A stretch of 64,000 nucleotides of DNA, taken from Gaiellales bacterium. Lineage in GTDB: Bacteria > Actinomycetota > Thermoleophilia > Gaiellales > Gaiellaceae. A model generated the notes under the pieces. It ran no database searches. It saw nothing but the letters and a program-made list of their open reading frames with translations, and had not been told where the DNA came from. A program made the translations under genes and the position numbers. The stretch spans positions 34,772-98,771 of the forward strand of contig JBBSGR010000005.1 in NCBI GenBank assembly GCA_038253945.1. Direction: 5' to 3'. Of the stretch, positions 10,003 through 18,368 are shown piece by piece (within the stretch, counting starts at the first letter, position 1; the number at the start of each line of letters is the position of its first letter).

Positions 10003-11405
10003 CGGACGAGCGCGCCCGGCAGCGCCTCGATGACGTCGGAGGCGATGAGGCCCGCTCCCTGCGAGGCCTCGATCGCGGCTTCGACGTGCGCGCGAGCCGC
10101 GGCGGCGGTCGCGAGCCGGGCGTCCATCCCCTTCGCGAGAAACGCTCCGATGATCCCGGTGAGCACGTCCCCGGTGCCCGCCGTCGCGAGGCCGGCGAAG
10201 CCGTCGCTCACGAGGGTCGCCCGTCCGGGCGCAGCGATGACCGTACTTGCACCCTTCAGCAGGACGATGCAGTGGAACCGCTCGACGGCCAGCCGAGCTG
10301 CCTCGAGACGATGAGCATCGACCCAGATCGAGGACTCGCCGAGGAGCCCGGCAAGCTCGCCCGAGTGCGGCGTGAGAACGCGCGGCCCGGGCCAGTCGCC
10401 GGGCTCGAGTCCGAACAGTGCATCCGCGTCGACGACGACCGGCAGCTCCAGCTCTCTCAGGAGGCGCTCGACGACGCGCCTCGTCCCATCGCTCCGCCCC
10501 AGGCCCGGCCCGAGCGCGACAGATCCCGCCTTCCGAGCCAACCGAAGGATCTCGTCGGCGGCGTCGTCGGCGATCAGTCCCTCGGAATCCTCCTCGAGCG
10601 GCCGCTTGACGGCCTCGAGCAGTCGCTGCTCGAAGACCGGGAGCGCGGAGCGAGGCGCGGCCACCGTTACGTACCCGGCGTCGGCGCGCATGGCCGCCAT
10701 CGCGACGAGCGACGGCGCGCCGGTGAGTCCCGGGGATCCGCCGACGACGAGCACGTGGCCCGCCGTGTACTTGGTGTCGGTCGGCCGTCGCAGCGGGACG
10801 AGCTCGAGGATCTCGGACGTCACGGCGGCGTGCTCGGTGTCGACCGGGTCGAGGCCGATGTCGACGAGCTCGATCGTGCCGGCGTGAAAGGCGCCTGGAG
10901 CGACGCGAAGCCCGACCTTCTCCCCGTGAAAGGTCACGGTGACGTCGGCGCGGACGGCCCCGCCCGCGACCTCGCCCGTCGACGCGTCGACCCCCGACGG
11001 AACATCGATGGCTACAACCGGAACCCCGAGGTCGTTCATCTGCGCGATCAGCCGCGCGGCACCCGGTCGTGGAGTCCCGGTGAAGCCGGTTCCGAAGAGC
11101 GCGTCGATCACGGCATCCGGCGAGCCGAGGTCCCTCTCCTCGTCGTCGGCCTTCGCGTCGACGATCTTCACCTGCCGGCCGGCCTCGCGCAACGCCCTCG
11201 CCGCCACCCGGCCGTCACCCCCGTTCGACCCCCCGCCGCAGACGACCGTGAACGAGGACGCTTCGGAGAACCACTCGAGCGCCTGCTCGGCGACCGCGCT
11301 GCCCGCACGCTCCATCAGATCGCGCATCGACTCGGGATAGCCCGGATGGGCCTCCTCGGCCGCGCGCATCTCGGCAGCGGTATACAGAGGGTCAAACATC
11401 ATCAT
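9999..11405 (-). CDS. nnr: Bifunctional NAD(P)H-hydrate epimerase / ADP-dependent dehydratase
   Basis: YjeF N-terminal motif VVCGGGSNGGDG and C-terminal carbohydrate-kinase motif AGTGDVLTGIIGA. Confidence 0.9.
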   Translation of the reverse strand: MMMFDPLYTAAEMRAAEEAHPGYPESMRDLMERAGSAVAEQALEWFSEASSFTVVCGGGSNGGDGRVAARALREAGRQVKIVDAKADDEERDLGSPDAVIDALFGTGFTGTPRPGAARLIAQMNDLGVPVVAIDVPSGVDASTGEVAGGAVRADVTVTFHGEKVGLRVAPGAFHAGTIELVDIGLDPVDTEHAAVTSEILELVPLRRPTDTKYTAGHVLVVGGSPGLTGAPSLVAMAAMRADAGYVTVAAPRSALPVFEQRLLEAVKRPLEEDSEGLIADDAADEILRLARKAGSVALGPGLGRSDGTRRVVERLLRELELPVVVDADALFGLEPGDWPGPRVLTPHSGELAGLLGESSIWVDAHRLEAARLAVERFHCIVLLKGASTVIAAPGRATLVSDGFAGLATAGTGDVLTGIIGAFLAKGMDARLATAAAARAHVEAAIEASQGAGLIASDVIEALPGALVR

Positions 11406-11469
11406 CGTCGTCGCGCCGGCGCACGGCCTGCTCTCCTCGTGAATGATGGATTGCCCCGCCCCGCCGCCG

Positions 11470-11550
11470 AAGGGCCCGTCCGGAAAGTGGCCGCGGTCGC
11501 GCCACGTAGCGCCTGTCAGGCGCCCTGGTCGACTTTCCGGACGGGCCCTT
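11470..11550. other. Long perfect inverted repeat (19-bp stem) enclosing a second hairpin, in the acpS-nnr spacer
   Basis: 11470-11488 (aagggcccgtccggaaagt) is the exact reverse complement of 11532-11550. The inner hairpin is gcgcc-tgtca-ggcgc at 11509-11523. Confidence 0.7.
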
Positions 11551-11615
11551 GGGCCGGGCTTGCCCGGCGAGAGGCCCGCTACGGCGTGGATCGACGTTGC
11601 GCAGAAGGAGGGGGC

Positions 11616-11990
11616 TCACGGGGGAACCACGGGTTCACCCGTGATCAGGCAAACCGCTGCCGCCAGCTCCCTCGAGTGGGTCATCGAGAGCTCGATCCGC
11701 CCGGCGCCCATTCGCTCCGCCGCTTGCTTCGTGCGGCCCGACAGATGCACGCCGGGCTTCGGCCGACCGCGGATCTCGATCTCCTTCCAGGTGAAGTAGA
11801 CGCCGACGCCGAGCGCCTTCCCGACGGCCTCCTTGCCGGCGAAGCGGGCCGCGTAGTGCTGCGGTGGATTCGGGCGCGAGTCGCAGTAGGCTCGCTCGGC
11901 CTCGGTGAAGCAGCGCTCCCGGAATCCCTCGTAACGATCGAGCGCCTGCCGGATGCGAGCGATCTCGATCGCGTCAAGACCCACGCGCAT
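11616..11990 (-). CDS. acpS: Holo-[acyl-carrier-protein] synthase
   Basis: MRVGLDAIEIARI...FTEAERAYC...AARFAGKEAVGKALG is the typical 4-prime-phosphopantetheinyl transferase layout, about 124 aa. Confidence 0.85.
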   Translation of the reverse strand: MRVGLDAIEIARIRQALDRYEGFRERCFTEAERAYCDSRPNPPQHYAARFAGKEAVGKALGVGVYFTWKEIEIRGRPKPGVHLSGRTKQAAERMGAGRIELSMTHSRELAAAVCLITGEPVVPP

Positions 11991-12759
11991 GCTGGTCCAG
12001 CCAGTCGGGCAAATCAGAGATCGAGTCGACGACGGCGTCGGGTCGAGGGCGCCCCGCGTCGAGGTCGGACTCGCGAAACTTGCCCGTTCGGACCAGGATC
12101 GTCCTCATCCCGATGCTCTGCGCGCCCGCGATGTCGCTGTCGAGATCGTCGCCGACCATCCAGGAGAGCCCTGCGTCGGCGTCGAGCGACTCGAGCGCGG
12201 CCCCGAAGTACTCCGCGCTCGGCTTCCCGAGCACGGTTGCCTCGATCCCAGCCGCGTACTCGAGACCCGCGACGAAGGCGCCGGCGTCGAGCAGCGGCCC
12301 GCGTGAGGTCTGCCACCAGCGGTTCTTGTGCAGGCAGTAGAGAGCGGCGCCCGACTCGAGCTCCTCGAAGGCGCGCGCGAGGTTCATGTAGCTGAAGACC
12401 TGATTCGTCTCGGGCGTCTCGTCTGCGCCGCCGAGCAGAACTGCCTCGGCGTGGTCGCCGACGAGCTCGATTCCCTTTAGATCCTCGACGATCGCAGGCA
12501 TCGCGAGCACGAGGACGCGTTTCCCGGCGAGGATCTGCGCGGCGGCCCGGGCCGTCGTCTGGAGCTCCTCTTCGTCGAGGCTCACCCCGATCTTCCGCAG
12601 CTCCTCGGCCAGCTCCTGCCGTGACCGAGTCGTGTTGTTCGTGACGAAGCGGAGCCGGTGGCCGTCGCTTCGCAGCTGGCGAACCGCGTTCGCGGCCCCG
12701 TCGATCGCCGCGCCAGAGACGTGGAGGACGCCGTCGACGTCCAGCAGAATGGCTGACAT
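11974..12759 (-). CDS. HAD-IIA family hydrolase
   Basis: Motif I LLDVDGVL, FVTNNT, and C-terminal MVGDDLDSDI. Start re-picked at ATG 12759 (MSAILLDVDG). Confidence 0.8.
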   Translation of the reverse strand: MSAILLDVDGVLHVSGAAIDGAANAVRQLRSDGHRLRFVTNNTTRSRQELAEELRKIGVSLDEEELQTTARAAAQILAGKRVLVLAMPAIVEDLKGIELVGDHAEAVLLGGADETPETNQVFSYMNLARAFEELESGAALYCLHKNRWWQTSRGPLLDAGAFVAGLEYAAGIEATVLGKPSAEYFGAALESLDADAGLSWMVGDDLDSDIAGAQSIGMRTILVRTGKFRESDLDAGRPRPDAVVDSISDLPDWLDQHARGS

Positions 12760-13168
12760 GGAGGCCGAGTCTATTCGCGTCACGTCGTCGGTCGCGATCC
12801 CGCTCTCCGAGATCACGCTGCGCTTCTCGCGCTCGAGCGGGCCGGGCGGGCAGCACGCGCAGCGCTCCGAGACTCGCGTCGAGGCGGTCTTCGACGTCGC
12901 GGCCTCGCAGACGCTCACCGAGACCGAGCGGCGCCGGGTGCTCGCGAAGGCCGGCCCCGTCCTGCGGGCGATCGCGCAAGACGAGCGAAGTCAGCTGCGA
13001 AACCGCGAGCTTGCGCTCGAGCGGCTCGCCGCAACCTTGCGGGCCGCGTTACACGTGGAGCGCCCGCGGCGCCCGACGCGCCCGACGAAGGCGGCCCGAG
13101 AGGAGCGTCTGACGGGCAAGCGGCGCCGCTCGCAGCAGAAGCGACTGCGCCGGCCGCCCGACGAATGA
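12758..13168 (+). CDS. arfB: Alternative ribosome-rescue factor ArfB (peptidyl-tRNA hydrolase, GGQ type)
   Basis: The SSGPGGQHAQRSETRV GGQ motif plus a basic C-terminal tail (RRRSQQKRLRRPP). Start re-picked at ATG 12758. Confidence 0.85.
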   Translation: MEAESIRVTSSVAIPLSEITLRFSRSSGPGGQHAQRSETRVEAVFDVAASQTLTETERRRVLAKAGPVLRAIAQDERSQLRNRELALERLAATLRAALHVERPRRPTRPTKAAREERLTGKRRRSQQKRLRRPPDE

Positions 13169-13178
13169 GCGGTGAGTC

Positions 13179-13757
13179 GTGGTGGGAGCCACTGTCGCTC
13201 GACGACGTGGTGTCCCTGATGGGAGACTCCCGGCGCCCTGGTGGATTGCCGGCGGCTGGGCGATCGACCTGCACGCGGGCCGGCAGACGCGCGAGCATCG
13301 GGACGTCGACATCCTGTTGCTGCGGGACGACCAGCTCCTGATCCAGGCTCAGCTGCCCTTCTGGGAGATTCAGATCGCGCACGGCGGGCGCCTCGAGCCA
13401 TGGCCGGCCCGCAAGCGGGTCGCGCCGCCGCGAGGCGGGTTCTGGGCGAGAAGCGATCCCGGCGGGCCGTGGCAGATTCAGTTTCTCCTTGCCGACCATG
13501 AATCGAACGAGTGGATTCACAAGCACGACCCGTCGATCCGCCTGCGGCTCGGCGAGATCGGCCTGCGCGGCCGCGACGGAATCCCGTTCCTTCGGCCGGA
13601 GCTGGTCCTGCTCTTCAAGTCGCGCCGCCCGCGAGAACGGGACGAGCAGGATCTCGTGACCGCGCTTCCGCGACTGGATCGCGTTGCGCGGGCGCGCCTT
13701 CGCGCGTGGCTGCCCCTCGACCATCCGTGGCACGGGAAGCTGCGGGAGTCAGCCTGA
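13179..13757 (+). CDS. Nucleotidyltransferase-fold protein (aminoglycoside 2-double-prime-nucleotidyltransferase-like family); the N-terminus appears frameshifted
   Basis: WWIAGGWAIDL...HRDVDILL motif. A better N-terminus (MSGESWWEPLSLDDVVSLMGDSRRP) starts at ATG 13165 in another frame. See the finding at 13165..13245. Confidence 0.6.
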   Translation: MVGATVARRRGVPDGRLPAPWWIAGGWAIDLHAGRQTREHRDVDILLLRDDQLLIQAQLPFWEIQIAHGGRLEPWPARKRVAPPRGGFWARSDPGGPWQIQFLLADHESNEWIHKHDPSIRLRLGEIGLRGRDGIPFLRPELVLLFKSRRPRERDEQDLVTALPRLDRVARARLRAWLPLDHPWHGKLRESA

Positions 13758-13932
13758 GCTGGGAACGAGCCGGTACGGCAGCTTCTCCTAGCGTCCGACC
13801 ACGCGGCCTTTCGCTAAATCGACGATGCGAAGCCACGACTTGTCGGGCACGTTCACGAAGGCTCGTCGACCGAGCACTGCGTCGACGAACACACCCTGCC
13901 CCGCAAAGAGCCGGAACTGACTGCGCCCGTCC
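13742..13932. repeat. Left copy of a ~190-bp direct repeat (partner at 35225..35415)
   Basis: The core 13761-13932 matches 35244-35415 at a constant offset of 21483 bp with 5 mismatches, counted by eye. Confidence 0.9.
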
Positions 13933-14168
13933 AGGCCCGCCGGGTTGCGCGGCGAGGGTGACACGACCGGCCTCCCCCCGTAGCAGCACGCCGGAGAGAA
14001 TCTGCACGGCGGCGCGTGCATAGGCTCAGACAGAACGAGCTCACAGTGGCCAGGGGCGTGGGCCCCGAGCTTCCTCGCGAGTCGGTGAGCCGCCGGTGCC
14101 TCTCGCTCGGATCCGAACAGCCGGAGCTGATCGACGAGCCACAGGTTCCCTTCCTCGGTCAGATCCAC
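13788..14168 (-). pseudogene. Dead duplicate of the 3-prime end of gene 35232..36605, fused to unrelated upstream sequence
   Basis: The C-terminal ~45 aa (RSQFRLFAGQGVFVDAVLGRRAFVNVPDKSWLRIVDLAKGRVVGR) is near-identical to the end of the 457-aa protein. The Trp codon of GRWEKLPY is TAG here. The N-terminal part has no similarity to that protein. Confidence 0.6.
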
Positions 14169-14233
14169 GGCGAGGACACGCGCTCACGAGCCGTTCGCGA
14201 TCCATGTAGCCAACGAGAGCGAGGGCCGATCGG

Positions 14234-16246
14234 CTAGCGCTGCCCTCCCCGGCGTCGACGGACGCCACGCTCAAGCGTGCGCTGCGTCGAGGGGCCATGC
14301 AGTGAACGCGACGACCCGGGCTCGCGCGAGGTAATCCCGACCCGCTCGGTGAGGGTGCCGCGGTTGCCACACGTATCGCTGGCCGTGACGGTCAGTCGGT
14401 AGACACCGGCTGGTAGCCGCTTCGTCTGGAGCGGCCGCCGAGTGAGTACGAACAGATAGCGACCCGAAGCCCCGCGGAAGTGATGCAGTCCTACGGCCGG
14501 GAAGTTCTGATAACTGCCGTGCGCGTAGACGTGCCAGAACTCATGCTCGGCAGGGAGCCTGCGCCGAAAGTCGACGACGCCTCGCTCGCGCAGTATCGGT
14601 CGCCCAGAGGAAGCCGTCAGTCGCCAACTCAAGCGCGCCGGCGAGACGAGAGCACCATGCCAGGCGCCCACGACAGGGAGCGCCGGGCTGTCAAAGGCCA
14701 AGGCGACGATGGAGACCCTTCCGGCCAGCCGCGAAGGCCGAAGGGGTTGACCGCTTGCAGTTCGGAAAGCGACTGCGCGCACGAACGGAGCCGTCGAGTC
14801 CTCGTACGGGACGAGGTGGCCGGGACTAAGCGGATTCCTCACCCTGCCGTCGGCAACCATCATGAAGTGGACGTGTCCCCAGCGTGCGAGCACACGCCCG
14901 AGCACCGTGCGCCCGGCCCTGACAAATGCGCCGACCTGAACGAGCGGACGGATATGCCAGTACTGAAAGCTGCGACGCGAACTGCTCCGCACGACGACCG
15001 TGTACGGCCGGCTCTCAATCACAACGCCCGAGACCACGGGGTAAACCGCCTCGTGCGGGGAGGCGACGATGTCGACGCCGTCGTGGAAGGAGAACGAGCC
15101 GCTTGGAGCCGTGTCCGTCGCCCCTTCGAGCCCGAAGACCGTTCGCGGGTCGCCGAGGTAGCCGCGCACGGGATGCTGCTCGTGGAAGGGCTTGAGCGGC
15201 CACTGGTAGGAGCTCGGCGTGCGGCGCGCGCACAGCGAGGTAAAGGCGAGCCGCTGAGAGCGGCGCGTCTGCGAGGTGGCGGGCGCTCGGTGCGGGAAAG
15301 TCTCTAGCGGCAGGAGGCCGAGATCGAGCAAGGCATCTGGCAGCTCGCCGCGCACACTCAGCTCGGCGGTGTGCTGCCAGGCGCCGATCACCTCGTCGAC
15401 GGGAGCGCGCCGGTTGATCCGCCTGATCGTGCGGTAGAGGCGACCTGACTGACGGTTTTGGTCGACAACGACGGTGTCGCGTCTGCTCCACCAAAGCTCG
15501 ATCGGAACATGCGAGCGGGCGAGCCGCCGGGCGTAGGAGAGAGGACTGCGGGCTGCGTAGGCTGCGGGGCGCTCCAACGGCGTTCCGCCCACCTCGATCC
15601 GCATGTACCTCCTCAGACGAGCGCCCCCCGCGAACCGCCGGAAGTCGCGGTAGCGCTGGGCTAGGTCAGTCGGCGCATCGAAGGCTGCGACGCCCGCCAG
15701 CAGCCGTGGGTGGCGCGCGGCGAGCAGAAGGACTTCCTGGCCGCCCATACCGCCGCCAAAGGCGTAGATGCGCTGTCGGTTGATCCGCAGCCACGGCAAC
15801 GCCGAGGCGAGGATCCGCGGCAGGCGCGCAAGATCGCGAATCTGGCCTGCCGCCCCCCAGGACTCTTGCCCCAGCCGACGACCCACTCCATCCGGATTGA
15901 CAACCGCGAACGGGCCGCGCGCCGGCAGGTCCCCCCACATCGCGCCGCTGGCGCGCGCGAGCGGCTCGAGCCCGTGCGGCGAGATGATGAGTGGAAGCGG
16001 CGGATCCTCTCGGGGGCCATACCAGCGCGGCAGGTCGACGAAGGCGGCTCGCAGACGACCATCGTGCGCGCGGTACTCGATTCTCCAGACGCGCACGGGG
16101 GCGCGAGCGCGCCGTCCCGCGAGCAGCCGCTCTTCGTGGCCGATTCCGAGTAGCTGTGCCGCGACGAACGCGACAAGGACGGCGCCGGTCACGCCGGCGA
16201 GGCGGCCACGGCGTGGCTCCTCATCCCTGGACGCGCGCGAATTCAA
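14234..16246 (-). CDS. Secreted fusion protein: alpha/beta-hydrolase (esterase/S9-like) domain plus M23 (LytM) metallopeptidase domain
   Basis: N-terminal hydrophobic segment (VTGAVLVAFVAAQLLG). Alpha/beta-fold nucleophile elbow YAFGGGMGGQEVLLLAARHP. M23 motifs FHDGVDI (HxxxD) and GHVHF (HxH). Start uncertain (TTG 16246 or GTG 16192). The 200 upstream codons of the track ORF are rejected. Confidence 0.7.
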   Translation of the reverse strand: MNSRASRDEEPRRGRLAGVTGAVLVAFVAAQLLGIGHEERLLAGRRARAPVRVWRIEYRAHDGRLRAAFVDLPRWYGPREDPPLPLIISPHGLEPLARASGAMWGDLPARGPFAVVNPDGVGRRLGQESWGAAGQIRDLARLPRILASALPWLRINRQRIYAFGGGMGGQEVLLLAARHPRLLAGVAAFDAPTDLAQRYRDFRRFAGGARLRRYMRIEVGGTPLERPAAYAARSPLSYARRLARSHVPIELWWSRRDTVVVDQNRQSGRLYRTIRRINRRAPVDEVIGAWQHTAELSVRGELPDALLDLGLLPLETFPHRAPATSQTRRSQRLAFTSLCARRTPSSYQWPLKPFHEQHPVRGYLGDPRTVFGLEGATDTAPSGSFSFHDGVDIVASPHEAVYPVVSGVVIESRPYTVVVRSSSRRSFQYWHIRPLVQVGAFVRAGRTVLGRVLARWGHVHFMMVADGRVRNPLSPGHLVPYEDSTAPFVRAVAFRTASGQPLRPSRLAGRVSIVALAFDSPALPVVGAWHGALVSPARLSWRLTASSGRPILRERGVVDFRRRLPAEHEFWHVYAHGSYQNFPAVGLHHFRGASGRYLFVLTRRPLQTKRLPAGVYRLTVTASDTCGNRGTLTERVGITSREPGSSRSLHGPSTQRTLERGVRRRRGGQR

Positions 16247-16368
16247 GCCGCAGCGGCGAGGCCTTGGCTTGGGTTCGAACAGCGTCCACCGGCGGGGCCT
16301 CGAAGGCGCGGTCACCTTAGCCCGCGCGTAGACCAGGGCGCCGATAACGCCGGGCGGGAAGGAGAGAC

Positions 16369-17169
16369 TCAGACATGCGGACCTGCTCCGCCGAGGTCGA
16401 GCGCCGCTCTCCGCCGCGCGCGCAGCACGTATCCGACCGCGCCGTGCTCGACCCCGACGAAGAGACGATCTACCTGCAAGAGGCACTTTAGGGCAAGCAT
16501 GAGCGGACGCCCCCAGGGCCGCGCCGGATGCGCGCCGACGCGACCGAGTAGAGGTTCGTAGAGGTAGCGGTGATACACACCGGAGACCGGGAATCCCCAA
16601 GCGCGACAAGCGTCGACGTCGAGGCCCGCCGCCTCGCAGATACCCATCAGTCGCTCGCGATCGTACCGCCGAACGTGCCCGGCCCAGACGTCGCTCGGGC
16701 CGAAACGGTCCGGATTTGCTGGAACCGAGAGGACGAGGACGCCGCCGGCCGGCAAGAGGCGCGCAACCTCCGCGAGCGCCGCGTGATCGTCCTCGATGTG
16801 CTCGAGCACCTCGCCGAGCACGACTAAGTCGAAGCAAGCGCGGGGAAACGGGAGATGAGTCAGGTCAGCCTGGAGCACCGGGCCGTTTACCGACCTCTCG
16901 AGCACAGCGACCGCAGCCGGGGCGCTGTCAACGCTTGTCACCTCGAAGGCGTGCCCTTCGAGGACGCGCGAGAAGCTTCCTTGCCCAGCGCCGGCGTTCA
17001 GCGCCCGCCGCCCTGGCACGCCCTCGAGCACAAGATCGAAGAGAAGCCGCTCGCGGAGCTCGTGGCGCGGCCCCACGAAGCCGGGCGCCGTGCCCCACTC
17101 GTGGATCGCGGGCCGCTTCCCGGATCTCGAGCGACGGGCGAGCCGTCGCGGCTTCCTCAGCCAAGTCAC
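16369..17169 (-). CDS. Class I SAM-dependent methyltransferase (type 11)
   Basis: Motif I ALNAGAGQGSFS, and FDLVVLGEVLEHIEDD...LLPAGGVLVLSVP. Start uncertain (GTG 17169 or ATG 17307). Confidence 0.7.
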   Translation of the reverse strand: MTWLRKPRRLARRSRSGKRPAIHEWGTAPGFVGPRHELRERLLFDLVLEGVPGRRALNAGAGQGSFSRVLEGHAFEVTSVDSAPAAVAVLERSVNGPVLQADLTHLPFPRACFDLVVLGEVLEHIEDDHAALAEVARLLPAGGVLVLSVPANPDRFGPSDVWAGHVRRYDRERLMGICEAAGLDVDACRAWGFPVSGVYHRYLYEPLLGRVGAHPARPWGRPLMLALKCLLQVDRLFVGVEHGAVGYVLRARRRAALDLGGAGPHV

Positions 17170-17637
17170 CTGGGAGCGGTCAGCCGGTGCCGAGGATTGG
17201 CACACAACCGGCGAACGGAGGCACCGGAGTTCCCGTTGTAACAGGGCGAGCCATGCAAGCAGAGACAGTGACCTTTGACTGCGCGTGGCCGAAAGTGACT
17301 GGCACATGGCGCTGATATTCCCGTCCGAGGCCTGAACAGCTCCTGAAAATGCGCGGCTAAATGCGCAGTTGCTCGAGCGAGCGCTACGCCGCCGATCACG
17401 CGGGGGACTGGGCAACGCGCAGGATCTGCGCCGAAGCCGAATTGGAGGCGAAGCGCAGCGGCGCAGCCGAGCCTGATACACAAAGGCCTGACAGGAGATT
17501 CGCCGCCACAGACCAGGGCGCTCCGGCGCTAAGGGGCGCAGCAGCCCCGAGGCCACCTTGTGGAAACGGAGCAAGAGTGTGCGCGAAGAGGTCGTTCAGC
17601 TGATCGAAGCTGCCAGCCGCGTATCCGCGGCAAGATC

Positions 17638-18237
17638 CTACGCCGCAACCGTCTCGAGTCGTCGTTCTTGCGCAGGGCTGCGATGCGCTAGTCGTAGCGC
17701 AGCGGCTGTACCGATCGCGAACGCGGCCACGTGCTCCACATCGAGGACATTGACAGCGTGTCGCAACATCCATGCGAATAGAGCTATGGAAACGACGGTC
17801 ACGATCGTCGCGATCTTGCCGCAAACCGTCCTTCCCCGGGCACGCCAAGAGACCGCGGCCGTTGCGCCAAGCCAAGCAGCGGATACCGCAGAGATTCCAT
17901 AGTCGGGTGCCTTGTGAACTGCCTGGAAGACGTCTGCGTCGCTCGACCAAACGATGCCCAGAAACGCGTACACCAAGAGAGTGGACCCCACATGACCCAC
18001 GACAGCGGACCACCAGAGAGTTCGTCCTCCACAGACGCTGAGGGTCACGAAGCCGAGAAGAACGAAGAACAGAAGAGACCAGAAGAGAGGTTTCTGCACG
18101 AGCAGCGCACTCACGATGACCGGCCAAATCCGGCCCCTCGCCACGTCGTGTGGGCTCGCGGCAACGTCGGACAACGAGACAACGCCTGCCCGCTGAATGC
18201 CCGTCATAGCCGCGACGATGATCGTCGCAGCGGCCAA
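17638..18237 (-). CDS. Polytopic membrane protein, possibly rhomboid-like
   Basis: About 6 predicted TM segments. Rhomboid-reminiscent motifs GHVGSTLL, YGISAVSAAWLG (GxSx) and EHVAAFAIG (HxxxxxxG). This is my reading only and is not verified. Confidence 0.4.
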   Translation of the reverse strand: MAAATIIVAAMTGIQRAGVVSLSDVAASPHDVARGRIWPVIVSALLVQKPLFWSLLFFVLLGFVTLSVCGGRTLWWSAVVGHVGSTLLVYAFLGIVWSSDADVFQAVHKAPDYGISAVSAAWLGATAAVSWRARGRTVCGKIATIVTVVSIALFAWMLRHAVNVLDVEHVAAFAIGTAAALRLAHRSPAQERRLETVAA

Positions 18238-18368
18238 GAAGGCGAGGTGCCACCGCGGTAGGTGTCGCAGGATCCCGAGCGTCGCAACCCCAGTGTAGGA
18301 GACGGGGCGCGCTCAGGCTACGCCGGGCGGCAGCCCGCCAATTTCAGTGCACAGCCTCACGAAACCGC

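Noticed and set aside
11454-11468. 6C-RNA-like C-rich motif in the acpS-nnr spacer
   Set aside because: The C-rich tract is not displayed in the loops of the hairpins I can draw, so the 6C architecture is not supported.
10086-12395. 769-aa ORF on the plus strand, plus similar long ORFs at 5887..7089, 7022..8266, 38531..40225, 44992..46242, 46023..47552, 23334..24365, 57558..58616 and 61913..63016
   Set aside because: They are Arg/Ala/Pro/Gly-rich low-complexity translations. They run antisense to, or out of frame with, genes that carry clear conserved motifs. These are typical stop-codon-poor shadow ORFs of high-GC DNA.
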